Source: Octopus bimaculoides
Lineage: Eukaryota
DNA: 64,000 bases
Assembly (NCBI RefSeq): GCF_001194135.2
Contig: NC_068985.1
Span: 9,315,035-9,379,034, forward strand
Direction: 5' to 3'
The translations under genes were made by a program, and so were the position numbers. The notes beneath the pieces were generated by a model. It had not been told where the DNA came from, searched no databases, and saw only the letters and a program-made list of their open reading frames with translations. Below are positions 1-13,257 of the stretch, piece by piece; the stretch's first letter is position 1, and each line of letters starts with the position of its first letter.

Positions 1-28
1 CGTATAAATGAATGAATGACCTACTCTT

Positions 29-65
29 GTACACATACGCACACGCACGCACGCACACGCACACG

Positions 66-133
<68 letters not shown>
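29..133. repeat. Compound (CA)n/(TA)n microsatellite, representative of many in the window (e.g. 6738-6830, 10700-10768, 13410-13456, 32690-32900, 35806-35855, 37870-37910, 38479-38578, 42305-42352)
   Basis: Read directly; most N gaps are flanked by such tracts. Confidence 0.97.
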
Positions 134-810
134 AACGCGGATGCGGTTGTGCTGTAAGAAATTTGCTTCCTAACCACAAGGTTCCGGTTTCAGTTTCACT
201 GAGAAGCACTTTGTTCGAGAGACTTCTACTATAACCTCAGGCTCATGAGTGGGTTTCGTTGACGAAAATATCTTTTTATGTTTATGAGGGTGGGGGCTGA
301 AAAATTCCTGGCTTTCGGTAAAAGAAAATACAGGAGTATCAGTTAATCATGATTTTATTCAATATATTCCCCTATCAGATTCGCCCACCACATCTAACCT
401 TTGAAAGATGTTTTATTTTTCCCTTATTTAGAAATTGAAGCTTAGGATAATTATGAATGGGTTCCACGACAAATTTTTTTTTAAATTAACCACATAAAAT
501 TCTCTTGACAAGTTATTTGTCTAATTATATGTGACTCTATATTTATAGAAGGGGAACAACAACACATTTAAACGATCTTTTACCAAGTCCGTTATTAACC
601 GCCGAGTTATTAACCGCCGAGTACTTATTAGAAGACATTAATTCGCATGTACAACTTATCACTGATAATTTAAACATTCACAGAAGAGCAGAACCATATG
701 ATCGAAAGCCTCCATACTATACATTCAAAGACCACGAATCTAATTTCGACAAAAATTTACTACAAGATTAATTAAGCCTACTAAAAATCTAATTAGGAAA
801 AATCGGTAAA

Positions 811-1042
811 TATTGGGTTGTCCGGAAAGTTTGTGCCGAATTTTAAAGGAAAGAAAAAGGTCAATAAATACTTGCCATTACATTTTTAATCAACCAAATA
901 TGAACCATTTTGTTGCACAATGCGTCTCCATCTTTCCTTTAACTTGAAAATACCCTCTTCTCTGAATTGAGGTGGCTTCATGGCAAATATGTTGAAAGGT
1001 AAGCTACTATAAATCGGCACGAACTTTCCGGACAACCCAATA
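811..1042. mobile_element. Mariner-derived MITE
   Basis: TA-flanked 29-bp TIRs: tattgggttgtccggaaagtttgtgccga / tcggcacgaactttccggacaacccaata. Confidence 0.85.
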
Positions 1043-1353
1043 GAATGTTGACTAAATTATCAGATTATTGACTAAATTATAACAAATGTTGATTAAGGTT
1101 AAAGAGGTATCGTTCTTATCACTGTGGCAAAATATGCAAGAAAATATTAAAATGTTCCTTTAAATTAATACCAAATTCTTTCACTTTGACTTTAAATGTG
1201 ATACTATTTTATTTCTCGTCTGAGCAAAGGCCTTTCTCTTCATCCGATGTAAATAATAAATATAATAATGAATAATAAATTAATAAATATTAATGACTCA
1301 GACATAAATATTACTACCTGTGCTAGCAAAATAGAACCCAGGCGCACCACAAC

Positions 1354-1572
1354 GCGGTGAGCTGGCAGGAACGTTAGCACGCCGGGCGAAATGCTTAGCG
1401 GTATTTCGTCTGCCGTTACGTTCTGAGTTCAAATTCCGCCGAAGTCGACTTTGCCTTTCATCCTTTAGGGTCGATAAATTAAGTACCAGTTGCATACTGG
1501 AGTCGATCTAATCGACTGCGTCTCCACCTCCCCTTAAAATTCTGGGCTTTGTGCATAGAGTAAAAAAGAATT
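1354..1572 (+). mobile_element. SINE family A (tRNA head + Deu/Nin-like core)
   Basis: gagctggcaggaacgttagcac...gagttcaaattcc (B box)...gcctttcatcctttagggtcgataaattaagtaccag. The core resembles the Deu/Nin conserved SINE domain (assignment from memory). Confidence 0.85.
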
Positions 1573-1574
1573 AC

Positions 1575-3250
1575 GGTAGCACCACACGGTCTACATCTAA
1601 CAACTAGAATTTAAATTTCCAAAGTTAGACGGTGGTCTACACCGATATGATAGTCTAATTGTCTAATTCTACTCATAAATACAAGTTCCAGAAGAGTGAT
1701 AAAGTAAAAGAAAAAAAACAGACATAAATGTATTCTTTAAGGAATTTAAATTACTCATCCTTATTTAAACCAACCTTCTTAAAGTGGACTTGAAACTTGA
1801 TTTTTCCAGTTCACTAAACTAACATCCCAGGAAAACAGTAAAGTCATTAAACAGCATTCACTTCTATAACCATTCTAATAGCGTAATCAATAATCTTGCT
1901 GAAATTTTTAACTAAACAACTTACTACAATAGAATTGGTTTCAAAGTCAAAAATCTACTACCCTGAAACCACCACAAACGTTTCTATTACTAAGAACAAT
2001 AACAACTTTTTACTAGAAATCGAAACAGAACGAGAAATATTACATGGTATAATCTGCTCTTCAATTTAATCGTAATTAACCTTATAGCCATACAAACCTA
2101 CCTTCTTAGAAAATAATCCTACTCACAGCATAAATATTATAGAATTTTTAATAAGTATACCATAAAATTATAATAATCTACTACATTGAATTTTGTACAG
2201 CCTTAACATCTTCCCTTCAATGAAAACTAATTTATAGCGGTTAAATTTATTAGAAATATCAATTTGAAATATATTAAACGTAGTTATTGTCCAATGAAAT
2301 TATCATAAATACTTAGACAATGATATAGCTTTTTGTTTCTGCAATAACTAAATGCGTACTTATATAAATTCCACTATCACATACACATATTGAGGAACCC
2401 GAATAGGGGAATGGAACATCACACTAGAAATATCTATGGGAGTTAAAGGAGAAGAAAATTAACTACTCCTTTAAATGGAAAATCATTTTGAAAGCTAAAT
2501 CATATTGCAGAAAATAAGATATCTTTCCGATGAAAACTTATTTGCAAATAGAATTTTCCGAAATAAATAAACTGAACTGATTTATTGGGTGCACAGAATC
2601 TGTCAGTTATTCCTTCATCGGACAACCAAAATTTCAGCTCCTAAATAGTATTTATTTAATCAACCAATTTTTACAATCATAACTTTATCCATTCGTGGTT
2701 TTATGTTAATTTCTCAATTTTTAAATCGTTATTTTAATTTTTGCTCATATAATGTGGTGTGCCTCCATTCTTCACTTTTCAATCTTCTAAAAATTCTATT
2801 TCATATTTTATTTGCTTCCCTTCCACTTACATCTGAGGTTTAAGTTACTAAACAGTCCTTGTAGCTTATTCAGTTCTCCCCTGCAATATCGGACATTTTT
2901 TTTTTACCGTGATTCCGTTAACTACTTGGTTTACATGTATTTTATCTGTCATATATGCAAGTTTGTGCTTCGCTCTTCTAAGACATTTCTAATATTTTAT
3001 ACAGCTTCCATATAAAATATATTCTCACATACACACAGTTTTAATTCACTTCTTCCAATCAACCATATTCTTATACACGAGATTAATCCAACACATTTTA
3101 CTTCTCTTTTACATCCTAAAAGAACCGCTTACTATTCTATTATATACATAAGCCTTTTATTATAATATTTTATTTTATTTTATTAATTTCCTTAATTTCA
3201 TTTTACTTATTTACTCATTTATTTATTTATTTTGCTACTTCTCTAACTTA
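1575..3250 (+). pseudogene. Possible very old non-LTR retrotransposon ORF2 relic
   Basis: Faint ordered motifs only (FLKVDLK ~1790, EILHG ~2035, HKYL ~2305). No continuous frame. Confidence 0.2.
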
Positions 3251-3312
3251 GAATTTTCTTTTTGAATCATTGAAAATACTCCGTTTTCAAGTGTGTGTGT
3301 GTGTGTGTGTGT

Positions 3313-4980
3313 GACAGAATACCCGACGTTGCCCTGCTTTAAGGCATAGTCGATTTAACAGAATAATATTAAATTCCTCTTGAAAAGTTGTGTGACGTGT
3401 AAGAAATGAAACCGATTGCCAATACATGTACAGCAATCTAGTGTCTAATGTGTTTCAGGTGGATGTTCAATACTTAGCGGCGTTTTGTCCGTCTTTACGT
3501 TCTAAGTTCAAATTCCGCCGAGGTTGACTTTGCTTTTCATACTTTCAGGGTTGATAAAATATGTAACAGTTGAACAGTGGAGTCGATGTAATCGACTAGG
3601 CACCCTCCTGCGAACTTGCTAGTCTCGTCCCAAAATTTGAAACCAATATCAAAATATATTGCATTAATGAAATTATATAAATACCATATCTAATTCAGCC
3701 ATATTAAAAAAGAACACGTGACTAAGTAAATGTGAATGTAGTTTTATTTCAATTATGACTCTTATTGATGATAATATATTTTATTCTAGAAATACTAATT
3801 CTTATATTTCCAAGAAGTAAAACGGCCACAGAAATAACAAACACTCTTATAACCTATGGAAATGTATGTGCTTGGAGGAAACCCATTAATCCAAACAGTG
3901 GAACTTCATTATATGCAGTATATATTATAAGAATTGCAGTGAGCCCAAGTTTTTTATAATGTACCCATCGTAGCTTTGACCATTCTGAACATTGTCATAT
4001 CCTCCGAAATTCTCAGTGTTTATTGATTGTCTATGACAGGCATAAAAAAAAAAGAGATTATGGGCTTCCAACCGTTGAGCAGCCTATTATAAATTAGCCA
4101 TAAATAAAGCAGTATTTCTGATGCAGACCAGAAATTGTCAATGGTTGTCCTTGAAATTTATTGATTGGCATGGCAAAGCTTAGGTGGTCTGGAAATTAAA
4201 GAATTCAAGTCTTTTAAATCGAAAGGAGACATCTGTTGTTATGAGTGGAATTCTGAGTAAAACTGCATCTTCTGCTTTGGTGCACTCAGCGAGAACAGTA
4301 GCGTCGATGACATAAAGCAATTAACTTTGCACTATTAGTTTTGTGCCATTGCACAACGAGGATTGATATAAATTTTCGGAGCAACACTATTGGGGACAAG
4401 CGAAGGCCCCTGGAAATGTCATGCGTTTTGCAAGTGAAACTTGAGAACTTTGTCCATTGCTATTGCCATGGCAGAGACGCCAGAAAAGGGCAGGCAAGAC
4501 AGAGAGAAAGGGAAAGAAATAAAAGAGGAAGTTGTGACAAGAGTTAGTTGAAAGATAAAAGGAATAAAGAAACACTGGTTAATCGATACAGATGTAAAGT
4601 AACACACACGCATGATCTTTACTCGAGGCACTTCTCTTCAGCTGCTCATGTCTGTATTACTGAAATCGAGTCTTTACTTTTATCTTGATCTGTGAGCTTT
4701 CAGCCTTGCTTGAAACTGCTGTTAGCTTTCGTGGTGTTTATGCGTTGTCTGTCTGTGGGTATTCTGCTGAAGGTGGCCTGTCATTCATGCGGCATTGCTG
4801 GTATTCATGGCGTGCTTCACGTTCACTGTAAATCTCTAGTCTTTTGTAAGATGCATTCTAGACAGTAATAGCCCACAATCTTTATTGTCGTTGATCAGCT
4901 GTTTCTGCCCTCAAAGCTCACTTGCGTTTGGATGTTGTAAGTGTGAGAAATCTTTAACGTGGTTTTAGTGATCGGAACAT
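3313..4980 (-). mobile_element. Helitron remnant with a PIF1-like helicase C-terminal fragment (4060-4351)
   Basis: Minus-strand relic NGTKLIV...RIPLITTD..FRFKRL...QGQPL..GL...CSTVGSP matches Helitron helicase motifs (NGTRL, RIPLI, FKRxQFP, KSQGQ, SRV). Hairpin-like 3' end gggcaacgtcgggtattctg at ~3315-3335. SINE inserted at 3472-3650. Confidence 0.65.
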
Positions 4981-5477
4981 CACATCCTTTGTAATAAACC
5001 ACCCAATTAAGAAAGGACTAAATTGTGGTTATGACCGAAATTTGAACTTCCACCCACAAAATTCGACTTCCAGTAGCCGACAGCTATTGAAAATGGTGCA
5101 TCTGCTGATATTAAATAATTCAAGCAAGAAGTCGATTTTGGGGGATATGAATTCAAATTGTGGTCACGACCAACAATAGTCCTCCCTTTTTATGAATGAT
5201 CTGTTACAAACTAATAAATATTCAAATGTGAGAGAATTAAAGAAATGTAATTTTAAATAGAAATACAATTGTATGTAAAAGACTTGCATGGTTTTGCAAA
5301 TGCAAGAACTGGTATTTCAATAAGAAAAATGAAAGAGTATGAGACAGAGAGTGAGATACAGAAAGCGAGAGGGGAAGAAATTCAACGAATGAAGTAAAGA
5401 AGGAGAGTGCGGTGAGGGAGGGGAAGAGATGGTCGTAGAGTGAATGAAACTGAGAGAATGAAGAGAGAATGGGAGTG

Positions 5478-5880
5478 GTTGTTGTTGTTGTTTTTGGCAC
5501 TCCGTCGCTTACGACGTCGAGTGTTCCAGTTGATCCGATCAACGAAACAGCCTGCTCGTGAAATTAACGTGCAAGTGGCCGAGCATTCCACAGACACGTG
5601 TACCCTTAAGGTAGTTCTCGGGGATATTCAGCGTGACACAGAGTGTGACAAGGCTGACCCTTTGAATTACAAGCACAACAGAAACAGAAAGTAAGAGTGA
5701 GAGAAAGTTGTGGTGAAAGAGTACAGCAGGGTTCGCCACCATCCCCTGCCGGAGCCTCGTGGAGCTTTAGGTGTTTTCGCTCAATAAACACTCACAACGC
5801 CCGGTCTGGAAATCGAAACATGCGATCCTATGACCGTGAGTCCGCTGCCCTAACCACTGGGCCATTCATTGCGCCTCCAC
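5478..5880 (-). mobile_element. SINE family B (tRNA-derived head, ~375 bp, (CAA)n tail)
   Basis: Head tggaggcgcaatg..gcccagtggttagggcagcggactc; near-identical to the copies at 8939, 17882 and 47310. Confidence 0.9.
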
Positions 5881-6738
5881 AATGGGAGTGGTAAAGGTCT
5901 GCGAAAGTACAGAGCGACGATTAAGAGAGAAAAGAAGGGAAAAAGTACGAGACAAGGGGAAAGGTAGAATGAAAGTGAATGAATTTGGTAATGGAAATGA
6001 GAGGAAGTAAAGAAAGAAGGTATGAAGGGAAAGAGAGAGAGGGGGAGAGACAGACAGACAGACAGAAAGAGAGAAAACAAGAAGCGGTAAAAGTTTCAAT
6101 GGCGAACAGAAAAGACAGAAAAGTAGAACGCGATTCCGAAGTGAGGTAGCAGAAGAGATGACGATAGGTGCATGCAAATGAAAGTAGACATGCGTGTAAG
6201 AGATGCTTAAAGCATTACATCAATTATGAGTTTTGGGAGAAGGTGGGAAAATGCACATATATATATATATANNNNNNNNNNNNNNNNNNNNNNNNNNNNN
6301 NNNNNNNNNNNNNNNNNNNNNNNNNNNNNNNNNNNNNNNNNNNNNNNNNNNNNNNNNNNNNNNNNNNNNNNNNNNNNNNNNNNNNNNNNNNNNNNNNNNN
6401 NNNNNNNNNNNNNNNNNNNNNNNNNNNNNNNNNNNNNNNNNNNNNNNNNNNNNNNNNNNNNNNNNNNNNNNNNNNNNNNNNNNNNNNNNNNNNNNNNNNN
6501 NNNNNNNNNNNNNNNNNNNNNNNNNNNNNNNNNNNNNNNNNNNNNNNNNNNNNNNNNNNNNNNNNNNNNNNNNNNNNNNNNNNNNNNNNNNNNNNNNNNN
6601 NNNNNNNNNNNNNNNNNNNNNNNNNNNNNNNNNNNNNNNNNNNNNNNNNNNNNNNNNNNNNNNNNNNNNNNNNNNNNNNNNNNNNNNNNNNNNNNNNNNN
6701 NNNNNNNNNNNNNNNNNNNNNNNNNNNNNNNNNNNNNN

Positions 6739-6802
<64 letters not shown>

Positions 6803-6981
6803 TGTGTGTGTGTGTGTGTGTGTGTGTCCGTGTATGTGTGAAGAGAGGGAGAGACAAAGAGAGAGGTAGGGTGTTTATATTTAGGATGTAGAACATATTC
6901 AAACAAAAGATAAATTTGTTTATTGAATATGTGTATGAGTGGATAAAGATACACAAAGAAAAACATGTCTCCACAATAAAA

Positions 6982-7237
6982 TATTGGACTGGTGCATAAT
7001 TATTGCGGCTTTTTTCCAACAGATTTTATTCAACAAAAACAATAACAACATGTAACAAAAACATCTTTAAATGATTGTTCCGGAGCATATTCCCCATCTA
7101 CTTCAATTATTGCTTCTCATTTGCTTGGCAGACGGTCAGACCGGCAGTTAAAGGTGTTTTTGCTAAATATTGTTATTGTTTTTGTTGAATAAAATTTGTT
7201 GAAAAAGAGCCGCAATAATTATGCACCAAACCAACAT
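6982..7237. mobile_element. Mariner-derived MITE with ~60-bp TIRs, just 3' of the GPCR stop
   Basis: ggtgcataattattgcggc...ttttattcaacaaaaacaataacaa is mirrored at 7171-7230. The terminus resembles Hsmar1/MADE1-type TIRs. Confidence 0.8.
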
Positions 7238-7451
7238 TAAGGTTTCTGATTGATATGTATACGTTTATAACCAATGCAGCTTTCGGAATCAACCAGTGGG
7301 TTGGTTGGCTGGTTGGTTAGTTGAAGGGTAAATTGTTTTTTAAATAAAGAAACCATTTGAATATTCAGCCAGAATCGGTAGAACGCGGACCAAAAGGCAT
7401 TGCGTTGTTTGGTTAATGCCCTTTACATTCTAGCTTCAAATACCGCCGAGG

Positions 7452-8386
7452 TCAGCTTTCTCTATCGTCTATCTGGGGTTGATAAAATCGATTAAATCCT
7501 TCCTCCAAATTTGAGGCACTCTGCTGATGCATTTTATTGTTCATATCGAAGCTTGTGTTCACATTGCTTGTCATTGATGTTCTGCTGGTCTGCTTACTTA
7601 ATCGCAATGAAACGAGGTTGTCGAAATTCCTGTTGGTAGTGTTACTACTTATACCATAAATCTTTACTCTTTGCTTCGATTTGGATTCTAGGCACGGTAT
7701 GTTAAGCAACCTCTTGACAGCTTTAACGAACTCTTTGCTGCCGATCCAGTACACTAAGAATCCTGAACTGGAGTGTGAATGCACCAGAAGGGCCACGAAT
7801 AGATACACTTCTTCCTGCAGTAGATCCTTTGGATCGCATGCGATAACAAACACATATGGGCACCAGCAAAACATAAAAACCATAAACAGAAGGAAAATCG
7901 TCCGAGATGTTCGGAGAGTTTCAGCCAACCAAGATTTCTTTCCTCGGATCTGGTTGGTATCGCTAAGTTTACATATATCCATTTTGGTCTTCTGTATCTT
8001 TCGTAAGATCAACAGGTTGAGAACACCGACTGAAAAAAGCGGCGACATAATAAGTACAAGCGTTATGTACAAAGTATAAGCGTGGCTGGCTACCCTGTTC
8101 CAAACACACGCATGTTGTTTATAGTCGTATTCGTGTCCATATAAGCCGAATATATTGCCCGATTCCAACAGGAAGGAAACTAGCCACACCAAAAATATAG
8201 TCGATAGGGAATTTCGCCGGTTGAACATTTTCCCACCCATTTGATTATGGCAAACGAAAATATACCTGTTGATAGTTGCCATGGATAAATTGAGGATGGC
8301 GCAGACACAAGCCGTGAAACAAAGCGAACTGACGAATTGACAGTAGGTTGATCTACTTCGAAAGAACTGTTCGCCTTTGATTATAC
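7452..8386 (-). CDS. Same GPCR; coding exon 2 (ECL1 to C-terminus)
   Basis: Acceptor tattctttttcag|GT completes the split Gly codon. Then YC (TM3 Cys), INRY, TM4 W, ECL2 Cys, FMFCWCP (TM6), HSHSSSGFLVY (TM7), stop at 7452. Spliced CDS is 334+935=1269 nt = 422 aa. The melatonin-like label rests on the NRY motif and general resemblance only. Confidence 0.9.
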
Positions 8387-8574
8387 CTGAAAAAGAATAC
8401 AAATAAAATATCAAACAGTACTTCGGAAATCGAATGTGTGTGTGTGCGTGTGTGTGTACACGCATGCACATTATGTGTGTGTGTGAGAGAGAGAGTGGGG
8501 AGAGTTTATGTGTAAGAGACTGTGCGCGGGTGTGCTAGTGTCTCTGCATGTATGTATGTATGTATTATGGACAG

Positions 8575-9890
8575 AGACAAGTAGAATCTCTGCTCGACTT
8601 CATAAACATGTTCTTCATGGAGCTGAGAATGCTCGACCCAACAAGGGGTAAAAATGTCCTAGACCTCTGCTTCACAAATAATACGGCGCTCATCCATAAT
8701 GTGACACCGACAATTTTCTCGGACCTTAACTTAATAGAACTTATAATGTGTGATCCACAGAAAAATTGCAGACACGCACAGTACTAGAAGCAGCCAATTC
8801 TTCTCAAGCCTGAACTTTCATAAAGCTGATTGGAAGGGTATGTATTCAGAAATAGGTCAATGGAAAGAAACTGGGTCCACCAGTCTCACTACGTAAGATA
8901 TTTACATAGAGCAGCATTTGATGAGAATTGTGGATGACGTTGGTTGGCACTCCGTCGGTTACGACGACGAGGGTTCCAGTTAATCCGATCAACGGAACGG
9001 CCTGCTCGTGAAATTAACGTGCAAGTGGCTGAGCACTCCACAGACACGTGTACCCTTAACGTAGTTCTCGGGGAGATTCAGCGTGACACAGTGTGACAAG
9101 GCTGACCCTTTGAGTTACGAGCACAACAGAAACAGGAAGAGTGAGAGAAAGTTGTGGTGAAAGAGTACAGCAGAGTTCGCCACCATCCCCTGTCGGAGCC
9201 TGGTGGAGCTTTAAGTGTTTTCGCTCAATAAACACTCACAACGCCCGATCTGGGAATCGAAACCACGATCCTACAACCGCGAGTCCGCTGCCCTAACCAC
9301 TGGGCCATTGCGCCTCCACGATGCAAGACGTACGCAGTCAGTTTTCTCCAGAGAGAATGTTAAACCATCGGAAGAATATAATCCCCATGGATAGGAAGAT
9401 TTAATGAGACAACAAGCAAAACTCTCAAACAGTCTAAATGGGCCCCTAAAGCATAGCAAAGGATCCTATCTCAAACAGACATTGCTCGAGATCGAAAATG
9501 AACTCAAACTCTCCCATGAAAAGGGGAGGGCAGAAAAAGAAGTCAAGGGTGTCAAAAACATAAAGACAAACTCAGAAGCATTGTATAGATTTGCAAAAGA
9601 GTTTACTTCAGAGCGGTACAAGATAGGGTTACTGCTCGAGAAAAATGGCTCACCGACTGCAGACCCTTAGAATGCGCAATACAGCAATGTTTTCACACCT
9701 CCGTTAGGACACTTGCAAATAGCCATGCCAGATTAGTTCTTCGGCCCCACAGCTCTACACATTGCGATGGCAATTATTGATAACCTCGAAATAGAGGAAA
9801 CTGATGTAATATCGGCCATTGATGGAATGAACTCAAACTCGGCCACAGGCCCTGGTGGATTTCCAGCAGTCCCCCTAAAGAAATACAAAG
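8575..9890 (+). mobile_element. CR1/L2-group LINE ORF2 fragment (endonuclease end and tether), interrupted by a SINE at 8939-9319
   Basis: PTRGKNVLDLCFTN...FSDLNLI, LNFHKADW and NIKTNSEALYRFAK, with stops. Confidence 0.75.
8939..9319 (-). mobile_element. SINE family B inserted in the CR1-like LINE
   Basis: Full-length match to 5478-5880. Confidence 0.9.
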
Positions 9891-10714
9891 GGTCTCATTC
9901 TTCGTTTATGAAGCACAGGTCGTTCCGTTCCGTACGCCGGTCAGAGATTTCTGTAACTGTTTTTAAAAACACGAAAGCCCGATTTGTTTTTAGTACAACG
10001 GACCTGTGTTACTTCCTTTTCCTTGGAATTATTCCTAGGGGACACAAACACTGCCTTTCATAATACACCTTCACCATGTAGTTTATCTATTTGTCTATTT
10101 ATTTACCCGTTATTCATTTTACAATAAAATAAATTTTAAGTTTTGTTTAACGGAAGTTTACAAATTGATTATGTTTACTGACAATATTTTACATATATTT
10201 GCATTCAAAATGGCCACCTTTTTCTTTCGCCATAACCCTAAATCTTTTCTCAACAGAAATGCATGACTTATCATGTTTACATAATAGGTAAATATAATTG
10301 CTGCACCCAGTAATTATTTATCCGAAGCTGACTCATATCAATGCTCACAAACCATGTACAACATTTGTTAAAAATTTACACTTTCGACTTTTATTTTTGG
10401 TAAGGTGTGAATGTCTTTATTTACAAAGGTGTCCACTCCTGCAATCTTTTCGATTTAACGATTTTTTTCTTTTCAGACTAACATGTTTTTAAACGTGTTT
10501 ACTGCTACGAGGTTTTTGACTAGAATTCTCCTCCCATTACCCAAGACCTACATATCTTAACTCTTAAAAAAAAATACTTGTACAACTATTAAAATGTAAA
10601 AAATATAGTCATGACGTATTCTTTCCTTCAAAATAATAAGATGAGTGTTCAAATGGCTTTAACATACTATTTCTCCCCCTCTGCTTCTCTCTCTCTCTCA
10701 TACATACATACATG

Positions 10715-10768
<54 letters not shown>

Positions 10769-11148
10769 NNNNNNNNNNNNNNNNNNNNNNNNNNNNNNNN
10801 NNNNNNNNNNNNNNNNNNNNNNNNNNNNNNNNNNNNNNNNNNNNNNNNNNNNNNNNNNNNNNNNNNNNNNNNNNNNNNNNNNNNNNNNNNNNNNNNNNNN
10901 NNNNNNNNNNNNNNNNNNNNNNNNNNNNNNNNNNNNNNNNNNNNNNNNNNNNNNNNNNNNNNNNNNNNNNNNNNNNNNNNNNNNNNNNNNNNNNNNNNNN
11001 NNNNNNNNNNNNNNNNNNNNNNNNNNNNNNNNNNNNNNNNNNNNNNNNNNNNNNNNNNNNNNNNNNNNNNNNNNNNNNNNNNNNNNNNNNNNNNNNNNNN
11101 NNNNNNNGTAGTGGTAGTAGTAAATTTTGTATTATATATATATATAGA

Positions 11149-12530
11149 TATTGGGTCATCCCATAAATAATGCGGGTTTTTTTTCAATTACATGAGCTAA
11201 AAGTTGTATGGGGACGGGACAAACTACCTGCATCAACTTGCTATAAAAGCAGGTAGTAATTTTACATTGTCCTTATTCATAGTGCAAGTTTTAAAGAGTG
11301 CAGTTCGATTTTAACAGTTATTTTTTCAAAGTTATAATGGAAGTGACAAAGGAGCATATTCGGTATATTTTGCTTTATGAGTTCAATAAAGGCAACAACG
11401 CAACGGAAAGTGCGAGGAATATTAATGCAGTATATGGGGATCAGACAATAAACGTAAGCCAGTGTCAACGGTAGTTCTAGAAATCCCGAGCCGGAAACTA
11501 CAGCCTAGAAAACGAGCCTCGTCCTGGAAGATCTTGCAAACCCTGGTGGAAAAAAAATCTCATCGTAACTGCTGAGGAACTTGCAGAGAAACTTGGATTT
11601 GGTCATTCAACCATTCATCGACACCTGCATGCCATGGAAAAGTCAGTAAATTGGGTCGATGGGTTCCTCACAAACTTCCCGAGTCTAATCACGCGTAGAG
11701 AGTGAATGTCTGCTCTTCTTTGCTATCACGTCTCAGGAATGAACCTTTTTTGGACCGAATAGTGACTGGTGACAAGAATGGGTTCTCTATAAAAATGTCA
11801 AGCGCTGTAGACAGTGGGTAGGGAAAGGAAAAACACCGGCACCCCAGACTAAAGGTCTTTACCCACGTAAGGTATTATTATCTGTTTGGTGGAATATGAA
11901 AGGTTTATTCCATTTTGAACTTTTAAACCCAAACCAAACAATAACAAAGGAGATATACTGCGAGCAGCTTGAGCGGTTTAAGTNNNNNNNNNNNNNNNNN
12001 NNNNNNNNNNNNNNNNNNNNNNNNNNNNNNNNNNNNNNNNNNNNNNNNNNNNNNNNNNNNNNNNNNNNNNNNNNNNNNNNNNNNNNNNNNNNNNNNNNNN
12101 NNNNNNNNNNNNNNNNNNNNNNNNNNNNNNNNNNNNNNNNNNNNNNNNNNNNNNNNNNNNNNNNNNNNNNNNNNNNNNNNNNNNNNNNNNNNNNNNNNNN
12201 NNNNNNNNNNNNNNNNNNNNNNNNNNNNNNNNNNNNNNNNNNNNNNNNNNNNNNNNNNNNNNNNNNNNNNNNNNNNNNNNNNNNNNNNNNNNNNNNNNNN
12301 NNNNNNNNNNNNNNNNNNNNNNNNNNNNNNNNNNNNNNNNNNNNNNNNNNNNNNNNNNNNNNNNNNNNNNNNNNNNNNNNNNNNNNNNNNNNNNNNNNNN
12401 NNNNNNNNNNNNNNNNNNNNNNNNNNNNNNNNGGAGAGTATATTTTAGATTAAAAAAGAACTTTGCTTATCTTAATTTTAAAAAATAAAAGAAGCGTAAT
12501 AAAACCGCATTTTTTATGGGATAGATCGTT
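11149..12530 (+). mobile_element. Mariner (DD34D) transposon, defective, in the GPCR intron
   Basis: TA+TIR ttgggtcatcccataaataatgcgg, with a degenerate right TIR at ~12500-12530. Transposase starts at ATG 11337 (MEVTKEHIRYILLYEFNKG...), with WVPH, VTGD and HPRK-like/SVWW motifs, internal stops and frameshifts, ending GEYILD* at 12453. Spans an N gap. Confidence 0.9.
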
Positions 12531-12544
12531 AGCCACTAAACCTT

Positions 12545-12720
12545 TTTCTATTTTCTCTCCCTGTTTATTTTTGCGTTCCTGTCTGTCGAAGAGCGTAGGC
12601 TCGAAACGTAAAAGACTTTCTCACTTCCCGATTTCCGAACGTTAAACTAATACATCTGTTTGTTGCTTACACACCCGTCTTCGTCTTTTGGGGGTTTTTT
12701 TTTGTAAATTCTCACTGTAT
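12545..12720 (+). mobile_element. Penelope-like terminal fragment with a degenerate hammerhead-like motif (12578-12615)
   Basis: CUGUCGA-A-GAGC-guag-GCUC-GAAA-CGU-A-AAAG has the same layout as the 54722 motif but A6 is altered. Ends in (TA)n. Confidence 0.45.
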
Positions 12721-12726
12721 ATATAT

Positions 12727-13257
12727 ATACAAAGGTTTTATCAAAAGGTATCGGGACTGGTGCTATATAAAAGAAGACTATAATATATTTCAATTTGGCA
12801 TTTACTGTCCTTCGAAGGTGACCCTTTCTGAAGCCACACACGTTATTCAGCGTCGTTTCCAATGATGAAAGCATTACTGGAACTCTTTTGGGTGGGATAA
12901 CTAGCAACTGCCTCTTCGCATTCTCTTGGATTTCATCATCGTCTTGACATCTTGTTGAGGTTTTCCTCAGCAATGGTCATAAATGCACGATTCGTCACCT
13001 GATATGACCGTTTTCAAAACGTTTCCGTCTTTCTTGACACACCCAAGGAGATCCTGCGCAACTGAAACACGATCTTTGTTGTTTTTTTTTCTCGAGACGA
13101 CCACACTCAACACACTTTACTTCCAAGCACAACTATAAACAACGGAAGTGGGCGCGAACGTTATAACTTAGTTCGATCTGTCCCAAACGACTTCACTCTG
13201 CGTATTTTAGCTCCGTCACCATAGCACCAGTTACGATATTTTTGATGAAACCATATG
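12727..13257 (-). mobile_element. Internally deleted mariner (irritans-like)
   Basis: ~38-bp TIRs (...atcaaaaggtatcgggactggtgctat / atagcaccagttacgatatttttgat...). Relic TGDESCIY and C-terminal transposase peptide on the minus strand. Confidence 0.75.

Noticed and set aside
5382-5894. Recurrent 60-85-aa ORFs shared with 17770-18297
   Set aside because: They are translations of SINE family B copies; the similarity reflects the repeat, not a protein family.
6168-7019. Long ORFs in the track here and at 10609-12453, 37715-38606, 39205-39767, 42770-43744 and 59194-59719
   Set aside because: They are read-through of N gaps and dinucleotide repeats (poly-X, CVCV, THTH, YIYI); there is no coding signal, apart from the mariner part of 11896-12453.
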